Source: Planctomycetota bacterium (GTDB taxonomy: Bacteria; Planctomycetota; JAJSAM01; JAJVHW01). Taken from it: DNA of 64,000 nucleotides. The stretch spans positions 608,001 through 672,000 of the forward strand of contig CBDFJG010000002.1 in NCBI GenBank assembly GCA_965248445.1, given 5' to 3'. A program made the translations under genes and the position numbers. How positions within the stretch are numbered: position 1 is the stretch's first letter; each line of letters begins with the position of its first letter. Below, piece after piece: positions 8,942 through 19,400 of this stretch. The notes below the pieces were generated by a model. The model had not been told where the DNA came from. It worked only from the letters and a program-made list of their open reading frames with translations, and made no database searches.

Positions 8942-11900
8942 ATGACTCGCAGCACGATCCGACGCGCCGCCACTCTTCTCGTCCTCTCGTTCGCGGCGTT
9001 CGTGACCGCCTGTGGCGACGACAAGGGCGGGGGCACCGCCGTCATCGATCCGCCGGCGTCGACCGGCACGACCGGAGACGGGAGTGCCGCAGTGCAGCCC
9101 GGCGACGCGGGTGGCGCCACGACCGCGCCTGCCGGTCCGCAGGCCGCGGTCGCGGGCGACCCGATGGGCGTCGTCATCAAGAAGCTCGACAACGGGCTGA
9201 CCGTCATGCTCTCGGAGAACCACGACACGCCGCGGATCGCGACGCAGATCACAACGCGGGCGGGGGCCGCCAAGGACCCCGGCGACTCGACCGGCATGGC
9301 CCACTACCTCGAGCACATGCTCTTCAAGGGCACCACGAAGATGGGCACGGTCGACTGGGAGAAGGAGAAGCCGCACGTCGATCGGATCGACGCGCTCTAC
9401 GAAGAGCTCTTCACGACCAAGGACACCGCCGAGCGCGAGCGCATCGTGGGCGAGATCGACAAGGCAGCGGTCGCTGCGACGGAGTACCAGGTCCCGGGCG
9501 AGTTCGACGCCCTCTACAAGGGCTACGGCGCGCAGGGCATCAACGCGTTCACCTCGATGGACCAGACGACGTACGTCGTCGACATCCCGGCGAACCGGCT
9601 GGAGCAGTGGTCTCGGGTCGAGTTCGAGCGGTTCCGCAAGCCGGTGTTCCGCCTGTTCCCGAGTGAGCTCGAGGCGGTCTACGAGGAGTTCAACCGCATG
9701 CTCGACAACGCGTCGAGCGCCTCGTACTTCGCGCAGCAGAACGCGCTCTTCCCGCAGCACCCCTACGGGACACAGACCACGATCGGCACGACCGAACACC
9801 TGAAGAACCCATCGATCAAGAAGATGTACGAGTTCTTCGAGAAGTGGTACGTGCCCGGAAACATGTGCGTCGCGATGGCAGGCGACTTCGACGCCGAAGA
9901 GGCGCTGGCGATCATCGAGAACTCGCTGGGCAAGTGGGAGCCGAAGCCGGTTCCGGACGACCCGGTCTATCCCATCGAGAAGCCCGACGGTGTCGTGCGG
10001 GTCGAGGTGCCGTTCGAGGCCGACGAGACGATTGCGATCGCGTTCCTGACGGTTCCGACCGGCCACGCGGACGAGCACGTTTTGCAGCTCTGCGACATGA
10101 TGCTCGACAACTCGCAGACGGGGTTGATCAACGTCAACCTCGGGCAGACGCAGGCCGTCCGTCAGGCCGGATCGAGCCCGTCGTTCACCAACGACGCCGG
10201 ATACCAGCGTCTGTTCGCAATCCCCAAGCCCGGCCAGACGCTCGACGAGTGCGAAGAGCTGCTGCTCGCGCAGGTGAAGCTGCTCAAGGAAGGGAGCTTC
10301 ACGGATGCGGACTTGAAGGCGGTCATCACCGACTTCGAGGTCAACCAGAAGCGCGGTCTCGAGGGGAACCAACAGCGCGTGCAGGCGATGACCGGTTCGT
10401 TCGTGTCGCGGATCCCCTGGGACGCCGTCGTGCACTCGCTCGACCACATGCGCACGCTGACGAAGGCCGATGTCGTGGCCGCGGCGAACAAGTACTTCGG
10501 AGACGACTACGTCGTGGTCCGCCGGCTCAACGCTCCCCGCGAACTCCCGAGCGTCACGAAGCCGAAGTTCACTCCCGTCGACACGCCGTCGGACCGTCAC
10601 TCCCCGTGGTTCGACGCGATGTCCGCCGAGGAAGTGGCACCCATCGCGCCGCGCTTCGCGGTCAAGGACGTCGACTATCAGGTCCGCGACTTCCCGTGGG
10701 GCCGCCTCTACTACGCGCGCAACCCGGTGAACGACATCTTCGACCTCGTCATCTCGACCGAGTTCGGCACGAAGCACGACAAGCGGCTCGAGCGGGCGTT
10801 CAATCTGATGGATCTGGGCGGCGCCGGTGACCTCGATCCCGTGGCCTACAAGCGCAAGCTGTACTCGCTGGCGTCGTCGATCGGCGGCGGCTCGGGTGAG
10901 CAGTCCACGTCTCTCAGCGCGTCCGGTCTCGACGCCAATCTCGAAGAGACGCTGACGCTCCTGCGATCGCACTTCCAGTCACCGACTGGTGTCGGGCAGA
11001 GCGATCTCGACAAGCTCGTGCAGCGCGAACTCGGAATGCGCCAGTTCCAGAAGCAGCAGGCGCGCGTCTTGTCGTTCGGGCTCAATCAGTACGCGATGCG
11101 CGGCGCCGACAGCCCGCTCCTCACGGCACCCAGCAACGATGATTTGAAGGCGCTCCAGGCGGACGACCTGATCGCCGCGGTGAAGGACGTGTTCAAGTAC
11201 AAGCGCCGCGTCACCTACGTGGGGCAGAAGTCCCTCGAGGAAGTGGCTGCGCTCGTGGCGCCGCCCGCGGGTCCCGCACTCCTCGACACGCCCGAGTGGA
11301 AGCCGATCCAGTACGCGCTGGGCAACAAGAACCGCGTGCTGTTCGTGAACGCCCGCGCCGCGCAGTCGAGCATCGGTCTGTTCGCGACCGACGGCGTCTT
11401 CGAGCCGGCGCGCTACCCCGAAGGCCGTCTGTACAACGCGTACATGAGCGGCGGCATGGGCGCCGTGGTCTTCCAGGAGGTGCGTGAGAAGCGCGCTCTC
11501 GCGTACGCCGTCGGGACCAGCTATCAGCTCGGCAACCGCGTGGGCGCAACCAGCCTGATGACGGGGAACCTCGGGACCCAGCCGGACAAGACCATCGAGG
11601 CCATCGAGGTCCTCCTCGGCATCATCCGCGACCTGCCGGCCAGCGAACTGCGCGTCGAGAACTCACGCAAGTCCCTCGACAACTCGTATCGCACGGCGCG
11701 TCTCACGCCCCGGCAGCTGCCCGGCGCAGCGAAGACCTGGGACGACTGGGGCACGGGCAAGGATCCGCGCGAGTACAACTGGAAGGGTGTCACGTCGATG
11801 TCGCTCGACGACCTCGTGAAGTTCGCGTCCCGCTTCAAGGACAAGCCGTTCACGATCGCCGTGGCGGGCCCGCGGGACAAGGTGGACCTCGAGGCGCTGG

Positions 11901-11953
11901 CGCAGTTCGGCGAAGTCACCGAGGTCCAGCCGGACGACTTGTTCAACTTCTGA
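8942..11953 (+). CDS. M16 family zinc peptidase, lipoprotein
   Basis: Lipobox FVTAC; inverzincin motif HYLEH; NAFTS; R-Y pair VREKRALAY. Confidence 0.92.
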   Translation: MTRSTIRRAATLLVLSFAAFVTACGDDKGGGTAVIDPPASTGTTGDGSAAVQPGDAGGATTAPAGPQAAVAGDPMGVVIKKLDNGLTVMLSENHDTPRIATQITTRAGAAKDPGDSTGMAHYLEHMLFKGTTKMGTVDWEKEKPHVDRIDALYEELFTTKDTAERERIVGEIDKAAVAATEYQVPGEFDALYKGYGAQGINAFTSMDQTTYVVDIPANRLEQWSRVEFERFRKPVFRLFPSELEAVYEEFNRMLDNASSASYFAQQNALFPQHPYGTQTTIGTTEHLKNPSIKKMYEFFEKWYVPGNMCVAMAGDFDAEEALAIIENSLGKWEPKPVPDDPVYPIEKPDGVVRVEVPFEADETIAIAFLTVPTGHADEHVLQLCDMMLDNSQTGLINVNLGQTQAVRQAGSSPSFTNDAGYQRLFAIPKPGQTLDECEELLLAQVKLLKEGSFTDADLKAVITDFEVNQKRGLEGNQQRVQAMTGSFVSRIPWDAVVHSLDHMRTLTKADVVAAANKYFGDDYVVVRRLNAPRELPSVTKPKFTPVDTPSDRHSPWFDAMSAEEVAPIAPRFAVKDVDYQVRDFPWGRLYYARNPVNDIFDLVISTEFGTKHDKRLERAFNLMDLGGAGDLDPVAYKRKLYSLASSIGGGSGEQSTSLSASGLDANLEETLTLLRSHFQSPTGVGQSDLDKLVQRELGMRQFQKQQARVLSFGLNQYAMRGADSPLLTAPSNDDLKALQADDLIAAVKDVFKYKRRVTYVGQKSLEEVAALVAPPAGPALLDTPEWKPIQYALGNKNRVLFVNARAAQSSIGLFATDGVFEPARYPEGRLYNAYMSGGMGAVVFQEVREKRALAYAVGTSYQLGNRVGATSLMTGNLGTQPDKTIEAIEVLLGIIRDLPASELRVENSRKSLDNSYRTARLTPRQLPGAAKTWDDWGTGKDPREYNWKGVTSMSLDDLVKFASRFKDKPFTIAVAGPRDKVDLEALAQFGEVTEVQPDDLFNF

Positions 11954-12135
11954 GTCTCGCGGCGCCGTCGGCGCCGCGCGTCCGGCACGGGGATCGCGTG
12001 ACGATCCCCCGCCGACCGACGTTCGGTTGTCTCCCTCCTACGCGGTCTCCGACCGCTACGGAGGAGCTCCGGTCACGCCGCTTGCTTCGCAACCCGCGCG
12101 CCCTACGCGATTCACGCAACGAGTGCTAGCTCGCT

Positions 12136-12206
12136 GTAGGGGCGGGGTTCCACCTCCGCCCGCGCGCGGAGTCAATGCACGGGCGGGGGTGGAACGCAGC
12201 CCCTAC
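12136..12206. repeat. Inverted pair of GTAG-type REP-like palindromes
   Basis: GTAGGGGCGGGGTTCCACCTCCGCCCG ... CGGGCGGGGGTGGAACGCAGCCCCTAC; a near-identical unit recurs at 25423. Confidence 0.7.
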
Positions 12207-12745
12207 GTGCGGTGATCGACGTCGCCCGCAACTTCGTCGAGCAGCTGTTCCACGTCCGGGCGGCAGGTGCCGCAGCCGCGGGTGGCGGGCAGCCGGGCGC
12301 GCACTTCGTCCACCGTCCGGAGTCCGTCCGTGCGGATCAGCCGGCGGATGGTGTCGGTCGCCACGCCGAAGCACGTGCACGTGATGTCCTCGCCGGCTTG
12401 AGCGCGCGGATGGGTGAACGGCTGCAGCGCTCCGGCCCGCGCGAAGTGGCAGATGCGCACCGCCACGTCGCCCTCGGCGCGGTGGGCGACGTTCGCCAGC
12501 GCGGTCACGGAGAGGCGCGATGCCTCGTCGACCGTGGCGCCCTCGAGGACCTCGCACAGCGTCTCCGCCACCTCGCGGGCGTCGTCGAAGTCGATCAGTT
12601 CGAACCCGGCGGCGGCGATCGTCCGGTCGTCGTCCACTCGCAGGTGGAAGCGGACCCCTGGACCGCTGATGAGGGAACCGGATTCGCCGACGACCGTCGC
12701 GTCCGCAGGGACTCCCTCGTGAGGGGCCGGCGGGACGCTGTTCAC
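12203..12745 (-). CDS. NifU-like protein: degenerate U-type scaffold domain plus BFD-like [2Fe-2S] domain
   Basis: LRVD..IAAAGF..EGATVDEA resembles NifU_N; C-terminal CTCFGV...TRGCGTC; GTG start just after trxA. Confidence 0.7.
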   Translation of the reverse strand: MNSVPPAPHEGVPADATVVGESGSLISGPGVRFHLRVDDDRTIAAAGFELIDFDDAREVAETLCEVLEGATVDEASRLSVTALANVAHRAEGDVAVRICHFARAGALQPFTHPRAQAGEDITCTCFGVATDTIRRLIRTDGLRTVDEVRARLPATRGCGTCRPDVEQLLDEVAGDVDHRT

Positions 12746-12750
12746 GGGGG

Positions 12751-13074
12751 CTACATCACCGCCAGAAGGGCCTTCTCGAGAACGGGCTTCGGCTTGAAGC
12801 CGGTCATCATCTGCTGCGCCTTGCCGTCCTTGAACAGGATCAGCGTCGGCACGGCCATGATGCCGTGCGTGGAGGCGACGCCCGGTGCCTGGTCGATGTC
12901 GACCTTGAAGATCTTGGCGCGTCCCTCGTACTCCGTCGCCAGCTCCTCGACGATCGGTGCGAGGCTCTTGCAGGGTCCGCACCACGTGGCGTAGAAGTCC
13001 ACGAGCACGGGCACGTCGCTCTTCAGCACTTCGCTCTCGAAGTCGTCGTCGGTCACGTGGGGCACGCCTGACAT
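12751..13074 (-). CDS. trxA: Thioredoxin
   Basis: WCGPC active site, 107 aa, cis-Pro VPT. Confidence 0.96.
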   Translation of the reverse strand: MSGVPHVTDDDFESEVLKSDVPVLVDFYATWCGPCKSLAPIVEELATEYEGRAKIFKVDIDQAPGVASTHGIMAVPTLILFKDGKAQQMMTGFKPKPVLEKALLAVM

Positions 13075-13133
13075 GGCAGTTCCTCCTGATCGGCAAGGTC
13101 CGCGACCCTTGTAACCGTCGAAAGCGCCCCAGA

Positions 13134-15053
13134 ATGCCCTTTTTCGCGCAGGTCAAAGCCCGTCTGTGGACCCCCGCCGGAGCCGTCGCCGCGGTTGCCG
13201 TCGTGTTGCGGCTCTGCCTGCTCGCAGTCTCGTGGCGGCGCAATCCGCTCGTGTTCCATCCGGAGTTGGACGGCCGTTACTACTTGGACTGGGCCGAGCG
13301 CATCGCGGCCGGCGAACTGCTGGCCGGCAGCCCGTTGATGCCCAACCTGACCGCCGCTCAGGCGGACGTCCTCCCGTACTTCCTCAATCCGCTCACCGCG
13401 TACGTCGCCGCGTTCTTCCGCGTACTCGGGGGAGCGCACGCCGGACACGTGATGCTGCTCGTGTTCCAGTGCTTCCTCGCCGGCGCGACCGCCTATCTGG
13501 CCGCCTGCACCGCGCGCCGTCTGTTCGGGCGTGCCGCGGAGTGGACCGCCGGACTCGCGTGCGCGCTGTCTTCAGTGCTCGTGCACTTGGACATGCACGT
13601 CTCGGTGTCCGGTCTCGCAGCGTTCCTCGTCGCCGGTGCGATGTGGTCGACGCTGCCCCGCGAGGACGGCGAGCGCGAGTTCCCGGCGCGGTTGCGCGGC
13701 CCGCTGGCGACCGGCGTGTGGCTGGGTGTCGGCGCGCTGGCCCGCCCGGTGACCATGTTCGCTCTGCCGCTCGTCATGTGGCTGTACGCCTCGCGAGCGC
13801 GGGAGGGACCGAGGCTGCGCGCCCTGGGGCTGTGCGTGCTCGGGTTCGTGATCCCGATCGCCCCGAGCCCCATCCGGAACTACATGGCGAGCGGCGAGCC
13901 CGTGCTGTTCACGGCCGCGTCCGGCGCCAACCTCTACCTCGGCAACAACCCGTCGACGCGCAAGTACCGGACGATGACTGCGCACTCCCGGTTCCGGTTC
14001 AACCCGTTCGAGATGCACGAGGACTTGCGGCGCTACATGGCGGCTCGCATCGGGGCCGATGCGAGCTGGGGCGAGATCTCGGCGCGTCTCACGCGGGACG
14101 GCATCGACGAGTTCGTGCGCGAGCCGGGTGACTCCGCGCTCTTCTACGTCAACAAAGCGCGCTGGTTCCTCTCGCCCGTGGAGGTGTCATCGTCGGCGTC
14201 TCTGCCGGCTGACCGCGACTACGTCCCGTGGTTGCGCGTCGCGGTGATTCCGACGTGGCTGATCGCGGTGCTCGCGCTGACCGGTTACTTCATGCACTTG
14301 CGGCGCAAGGACGTGTCACTGGGTCCGGGAAGCCTCGCGCTCGCACACGGCATCGTGCTGACGATCGTGTTCCCGCTCTCCCACTACCGAAGCCCCGCCA
14401 TCCCGGCGCTCGCGGTGCTCGCGGGGGGCGCGGTCGCGGTGTTCCTTGCCCAAGAGAACGGGGCTCGCGAGGGTGGGCGGAGACGGTTGGTGGCAGGCGG
14501 CTTGGCCGTCGTCTTGGCGGTGCTGGCGTGGCTCCCGCCGCCGCCGGCGCCGATGCGCCACTCGGGACTGCTCACCGCGGCGTCCTGTGCGGAGCAGCGT
14601 GGCGACTACGAGGAAGCCGCGCGCCTCGCCAAGCTCGCCACGGAGGCGCAGCTCGCCTCCTGGCCGGGGGAGCGGGAGACGGCGGCGAGCTGGTTCATCC
14701 AGGGTCACGCGGCGTACTCCCGCCGCGACTGGGAGGAGGTGATCCGCCTCCAGCGGCTGGGCCTCGAGATCGAGCCGCGGAACTGGATCGAGCGGTTGCC
14801 GATCCTGGACGCGCTGTACCACCTCAATCGGCCGGAGGAGATGTTGCGCGAGATCCAGGAGATGCGAGAGCTCGAGGACGCCGGCGACGTCTATCAGCAG
14901 CCCGGTGTGCGGGCGGCGATGGCCAACGCGCTCTACCTCCAGGGCAAGTTCATCGAAGCCCGCCCCCACGTGGAGTTCGCGCTGCGTCACGCACGAAGTC
15001 CGCGTGACCACCCATTCGACCGCGTGATCAAGAAAGTGATCGAAGGGAAGTGA
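13134..15053 (+). CDS. GT-C fold (ArnT/PMT-like) glycosyltransferase with C-terminal TPRs
   Basis: LDGRYY after TM1, many TM helices, ARP, SGANLYLGNN, YRSP, TPR-like tail. Confidence 0.75.
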   Translation: MPFFAQVKARLWTPAGAVAAVAVVLRLCLLAVSWRRNPLVFHPELDGRYYLDWAERIAAGELLAGSPLMPNLTAAQADVLPYFLNPLTAYVAAFFRVLGGAHAGHVMLLVFQCFLAGATAYLAACTARRLFGRAAEWTAGLACALSSVLVHLDMHVSVSGLAAFLVAGAMWSTLPREDGEREFPARLRGPLATGVWLGVGALARPVTMFALPLVMWLYASRAREGPRLRALGLCVLGFVIPIAPSPIRNYMASGEPVLFTAASGANLYLGNNPSTRKYRTMTAHSRFRFNPFEMHEDLRRYMAARIGADASWGEISARLTRDGIDEFVREPGDSALFYVNKARWFLSPVEVSSSASLPADRDYVPWLRVAVIPTWLIAVLALTGYFMHLRRKDVSLGPGSLALAHGIVLTIVFPLSHYRSPAIPALAVLAGGAVAVFLAQENGAREGGRRRLVAGGLAVVLAVLAWLPPPPAPMRHSGLLTAASCAEQRGDYEEAARLAKLATEAQLASWPGERETAASWFIQGHAAYSRRDWEEVIRLQRLGLEIEPRNWIERLPILDALYHLNRPEEMLREIQEMRELEDAGDVYQQPGVRAAMANALYLQGKFIEARPHVEFALRHARSPRDHPFDRVIKKVIEGK

Positions 15054-15119
15054 CCCAGCCCTCGTCAGCCCGCGCCCGTCGCCTTCGATCGGACTGGCAG
15101 ACCCACGTACGATCTGGGC

Positions 15120-15653
15120 ATGCGACATCACGTGGCCGGGGGGCTGATCGCAGCGCTGCTCCTCTGTGCGCTCTGCGCGGCCGGCTGCAGGCGAGACCGT
15201 CAGCGGACTCCGACACCCCAGCCTGCGCCCATGGCGTTGATACCCCCTCTCGCCGACGTCGAGGTCGGGGAGCAGGTGCGCCTGCGGCGGATGAAGGACG
15301 AGTGGGTCTACACCGTCGTCGCCGTCGGAGACCACACGGTGCAGGTCGAGCGGCGCAAGACCGTCGACGGCCGAGTGGGCGAACCGGAGGTCTACACGTG
15401 GGATCGCAAGGGATTCGGCGTACCCGAGGATTGCGTCATCCTGCGCCTGGAGCGGACTTCGCTCGACGTCGATGGCCGGTCGCGCCCGTGCTGGCTCGCC
15501 TACATCTCCACCAAGGGGGAGCACTACTACTACTGGATCAGCGAAGAGGTGGCGGTGCACGGCCTGCTGGCCATTGCGAAGGAGCTGAAGGGGCGGCCGG
15601 ACGAGGCGCACGCCATCCGGTGGGTCTTCGACACCAAGTCGGACTGGCGCTAG
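15120..15653 (+). CDS. Hypothetical lipoprotein
   Basis: Signal peptide with lipobox AAGC; coding-like codon usage. Confidence 0.7.
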   Translation: MRHHVAGGLIAALLLCALCAAGCRRDRQRTPTPQPAPMALIPPLADVEVGEQVRLRRMKDEWVYTVVAVGDHTVQVERRKTVDGRVGEPEVYTWDRKGFGVPEDCVILRLERTSLDVDGRSRPCWLAYISTKGEHYYYWISEEVAVHGLLAIAKELKGRPDEAHAIRWVFDTKSDWR

Positions 15654-15696
15654 GGGCTGGCGCTAGGGCCCCTGCGGAGGAAGCTCGCTCCGCGAG

Positions 15697-15840
15697 CTAC
15701 TTGCGAAACGCGCCGCGGTAGGCGCCGTAGCGCTTGCGCTGGCGCTTGATGATCTTGCGTCCGCCCTTGGTCTTGCTGCGGGCAAGGAAGCCGAGCGCAC
15801 GGCGTCGCTTGGTGTTGCTGCGGCGGATGCGGACCTTCAT
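15697..15840 (-). CDS. rpmH: 50S ribosomal protein L34
   Basis: 47-aa basic protein SNTKRRRALGFLARSKTKGGRKIIKRQR; GGAGG RBS upstream. Confidence 0.9.
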   Translation of the reverse strand: MKVRIRRSNTKRRRALGFLARSKTKGGRKIIKRQRKRYGAYRGAFRK

Positions 15841-16145
15841 CAAGACCTCCAGCTGCCCAAACCCTGGCCGAAAACGAAGCACGGTGGAAACACGGCGGGG
15901 CCGTCCCACCCCGGCTTCCCGGCTCCTGAGCCAGTTGCTACCAGTTCAGGCTGGGCAGCCCCGGAACGTAGTCGCGGGCCCGCCCTCGCGGGAAGATTCT
16001 CCGGGCCGGCCCCGGGCTCGCCGCTCCGGACCCTCGGGGCCAACGGGCCCAGGCTCGGGCCGAGGTCCCTCGTCCCGGCGGCCCGACGAGGCGAACCGTC
16101 CGGCCGAGCTGACGGCTGGCGAAGGGGACCACGCAGGTTTCACCC

Positions 16146-16174
16146 TTGACGACCCGCCGCGTCAGCCTCACACT
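16146..16174 (+). promoter_or_regulatory. Putative sigma-70 promoter
   Basis: TTGACG-N17-CACACT, about 280 bp upstream of the giant surface protein gene. Confidence 0.5.
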
Positions 16175-16453
16175 CTAGGAGCTGGCCGAGAAGCCGGCGA
16201 ACCGGGGCTAATAGGGCTATCAGGGTCGCAGGACGCTGATCCACACTGATCTTCCTGGGGCGGAGGTTCGTGGATCGGTGAGGCCAACTTCGGGTGACAC
16301 CCAGTTCTGTGACGCATTCGACACTTCACCAGCCGACAGAGACCGTCTTGCAAGAGACGGGTGCGCTGTCGGTCTGTTGTGTCGTATGTGCGCGCAACTA
16401 AGTCGCACGAGTGTGGTCCCGTGTCGGAATCGCGATTGAGGAGGAAGAGACTG

Positions 16454-19400
16454 ATGACGCATCAAGGCAACAACCGCCAGGTGCTGTGGGTGACGCTGTC
16501 GCTCGCCGCAACTTTGGGCCTCATGGTTCCGGGCGCCGACGCTCTCGCCGGCCGCCGCGCAAAGCGCCAAGTGGCGCAGGTGGGCAAGCTGCAGACCCCC
16601 GCCGGTCTGCAGGGCACGCGCGGTGCGGGCGACAACGTCGTCTTCCCCTTTTCCCTGACACACCGCAACCGACGTCTCTACGACGTGGAGGCGGAGTACG
16701 GCTGGGACGTCAATGGCGACGTTGTCATCAATGACGGAGTGCTGCTCCCGGGCCTGCCGGTCGAGTACTTCCCGATGACCGAGGATCGTCGCGACGAGCG
16801 CAACACCCGCCGCAACAAGGGCAAGCAGCTCTACCGTTCGGCCGGTGGCATCGGCGCCGGGCACTCCTTCGTCTGGCGTTCATCTGCGGACATCGGCACG
16901 GCGAACTTCCCGACGCTGCAGTTCCAGTTCACGCCCGACGGCCGCCCCGTTCCCGACCCGGACAACCCCGGGTCCTTCCTCTTCGCCGAGACGCTGCCAG
17001 GCGTCAGTGCTCGCTTCACGGCGACGCGGAAGAAGGGCAAGAAGGGCGTCTCCAGGAGCGACACCGTTTATCTGCGGAACTCGTTCCCGGCGAACAACAA
17101 CACGGTTCCCCTCCTGACCATCGACGCGGTGCTCCCCAACACCACGTCCGTCCCGACCGCCTCCGACGAGATCATCGAGATTCTCTGGACCGCCTATGAC
17201 GACGACTCCGAGGACCTCAACGGCAACGGCGTCCTGGACACTCAGGAGCTCGAGGACAAGAACGGCAACGGCATCCTCGACAACGAGTTCGTCAAGATCG
17301 CGATGGACTACTACCGCCTGCAGGCCAGCGACCCTGACCCGCAGACGATGACGGACGATGAGCTCGCGGCGTTGCTCTGGCTCCCGTGCACGCCCGCAGT
17401 CGGCGTCGGCGACCCGGTCACGGGCGCAGCGTCCGCACCGCCGGATCTCGACCCGAACACGGGTGCGATCCTGGGTGGCGGCATTCAGCACACGTACGCG
17501 TGGGACAGCAAGACCGACGTCGGCACCGTGCACGCGGACTTCCTCCTCCGCGCGCGCCCCAACGACGCGAAGCTCGAGCTGGGTGAGCGCGACTACCTGC
17601 GCACCGCGTTCACGATCGACAACTGGAAGATCTTCAACACGGCCGGCCCCCTGAGCTCCCTCCCCGGCGGAGCGGTCGGCATGGCGGTGGTCAACAACAC
17701 GCCGAACCTCCTCTACTCGGACATCCTGCTCACGACGCCTTCGCAGTCGTTCACCGTCTTCGGCGGTGCGGCTATCGAGGACGGCGCGGGCTCGAACCTG
17801 ATCGGTGTCGGCATCGTCAACACCGAGACGGCCGAAACCACGGCGCTCAGCATGGTCACGAGCTTCGGCACCCTGTCGACGCCTCGTTCGTACCTGACGG
17901 CCACCGAGCTCGATGACGGCCGCGTGCTTGTCATCGGCGGTTACAGCGGTGGCGGCTCTGCCCTCGCCACGACGGAGATCTGGAACCCGGTCACGCGCAC
18001 GATCGCGTCAGGGCCCAGTCTCAACGTCGCCCGTGCGAAGCACTCCGCGGTGCTGCTCGGCAGCGGCGACGTCGCCGTCTTCGGCGGCCTCGACGGCACC
18101 GGCGGCCCGCTCGACTCCGTCGAGATCGCCCGGTTCTCGCCGGAAGGCGCCCCTCAGATCGCGACCACTCTGCTCTCGGGTGCGAACTCGACCCTCACGG
18201 TCGCGCAGCACTCCCCGGCGGCGGTTCTTCTGCCTGACCTGACCGTACTGGTCACGGGCGGGATCAACTCGGCCGGCAACGCGGTCCAGTCGGCGCAGAT
18301 CCTGGATCCGCAGAACGACGAGAACCGCGACGGCCTCGGACTCGAGATCACGAAGGACCCGATCCTCGTGGTGGTGGGCGGCATGAACCAGGCGCGTAAG
18401 TCCGGCGCCGCGACTCCGCTCGTCCAGGGCCACGTGCTCTTCTCCGGCGGCTCGGCCCCGGCGACGGACACGCTGGAGATCTTCAACTACGAGACCCGCA
18501 CGTTCCAGACGGTCAACACGACCATGCCGGACGGCGGGCGCGCACAGCACTCCGCCGTGCGGATGGGCGACGGTTCCGTCCTCATCGCTGGTGGCACGAC
18601 CGATCCGGACAACCACACGATCGTCGGCGGAGCCGACATCTTCGTGCTGGGCGCCCAGGTCGGAAACACGTGGGACGCCTCATGGCTGCCGGTCAACGGC
18701 GACATGGTCACGCCCCGCCGCGGCGCCGCGGGCGTTGCGATCAACAACGGTCGCACGATGTTCGTCGGGGGCATGAGTTCCCTCGGCACGTCGATCGTCG
18801 AGATCGAGACCTTCACGCCCGAGAACGGCACGAACTTCCGCCCGAACACGCGCACCGACCTCACCTCTGACCAGCAGTCGTGGGCGTTCGGCGCCCGGAT
18901 CGTGTTCCGCGCCACGGACGCAGAGGGCGACCTGGTACGGGTCGTCACGCAGTGGTCCATCGACGGCGGTGACAACTGGCGCGCGGCGACGCGGAAGCCC
19001 CAGACGATCAGCAACCATCTGGCCACGCCGCTCGCGGGTCTCACGACGGCGCTGGTGGACGTCCAGACGGCGGCGATCAGCCCCGCGATCTTCCCGGTGT
19101 CCGACCGCCCGACCATCTGGGACATGGCGCGCGACATCTCCCGCCCGCCCCCCGGCGGCACGGACGGCCCCTACATCTTCCGCAACGTGCCCTACGGCGC
19201 GGTCCGCGGTGATGCGGCGCAGTCCGGTCCCGTCACGGTCCTCTTCAACGCCCAGGTCATCCCGACGATCATCCCGCTCGAGAACCCGACGACCGGCGTC
19301 CAGAACGTCAATCAGGGCGGCGACATCTCGATCTGGGTGCATCTCCGCGACATCGACGGTGCCATCCCCGGCAACGGTGACGACGCCGAGGCGACCATGC

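Noticed and set aside
8312..10972. Long antisense ORFs (also 18680-21421, 54598-56388, 59023-61560 and others)
   Set aside because: Shadow frames of real genes in high-GC DNA, with no recognisable motifs
15841..16453. oriC next to rpmH
   Set aside because: No dnaA, no AT-rich unwinding element, and only one imperfect DnaA-box-like TGATCCACA
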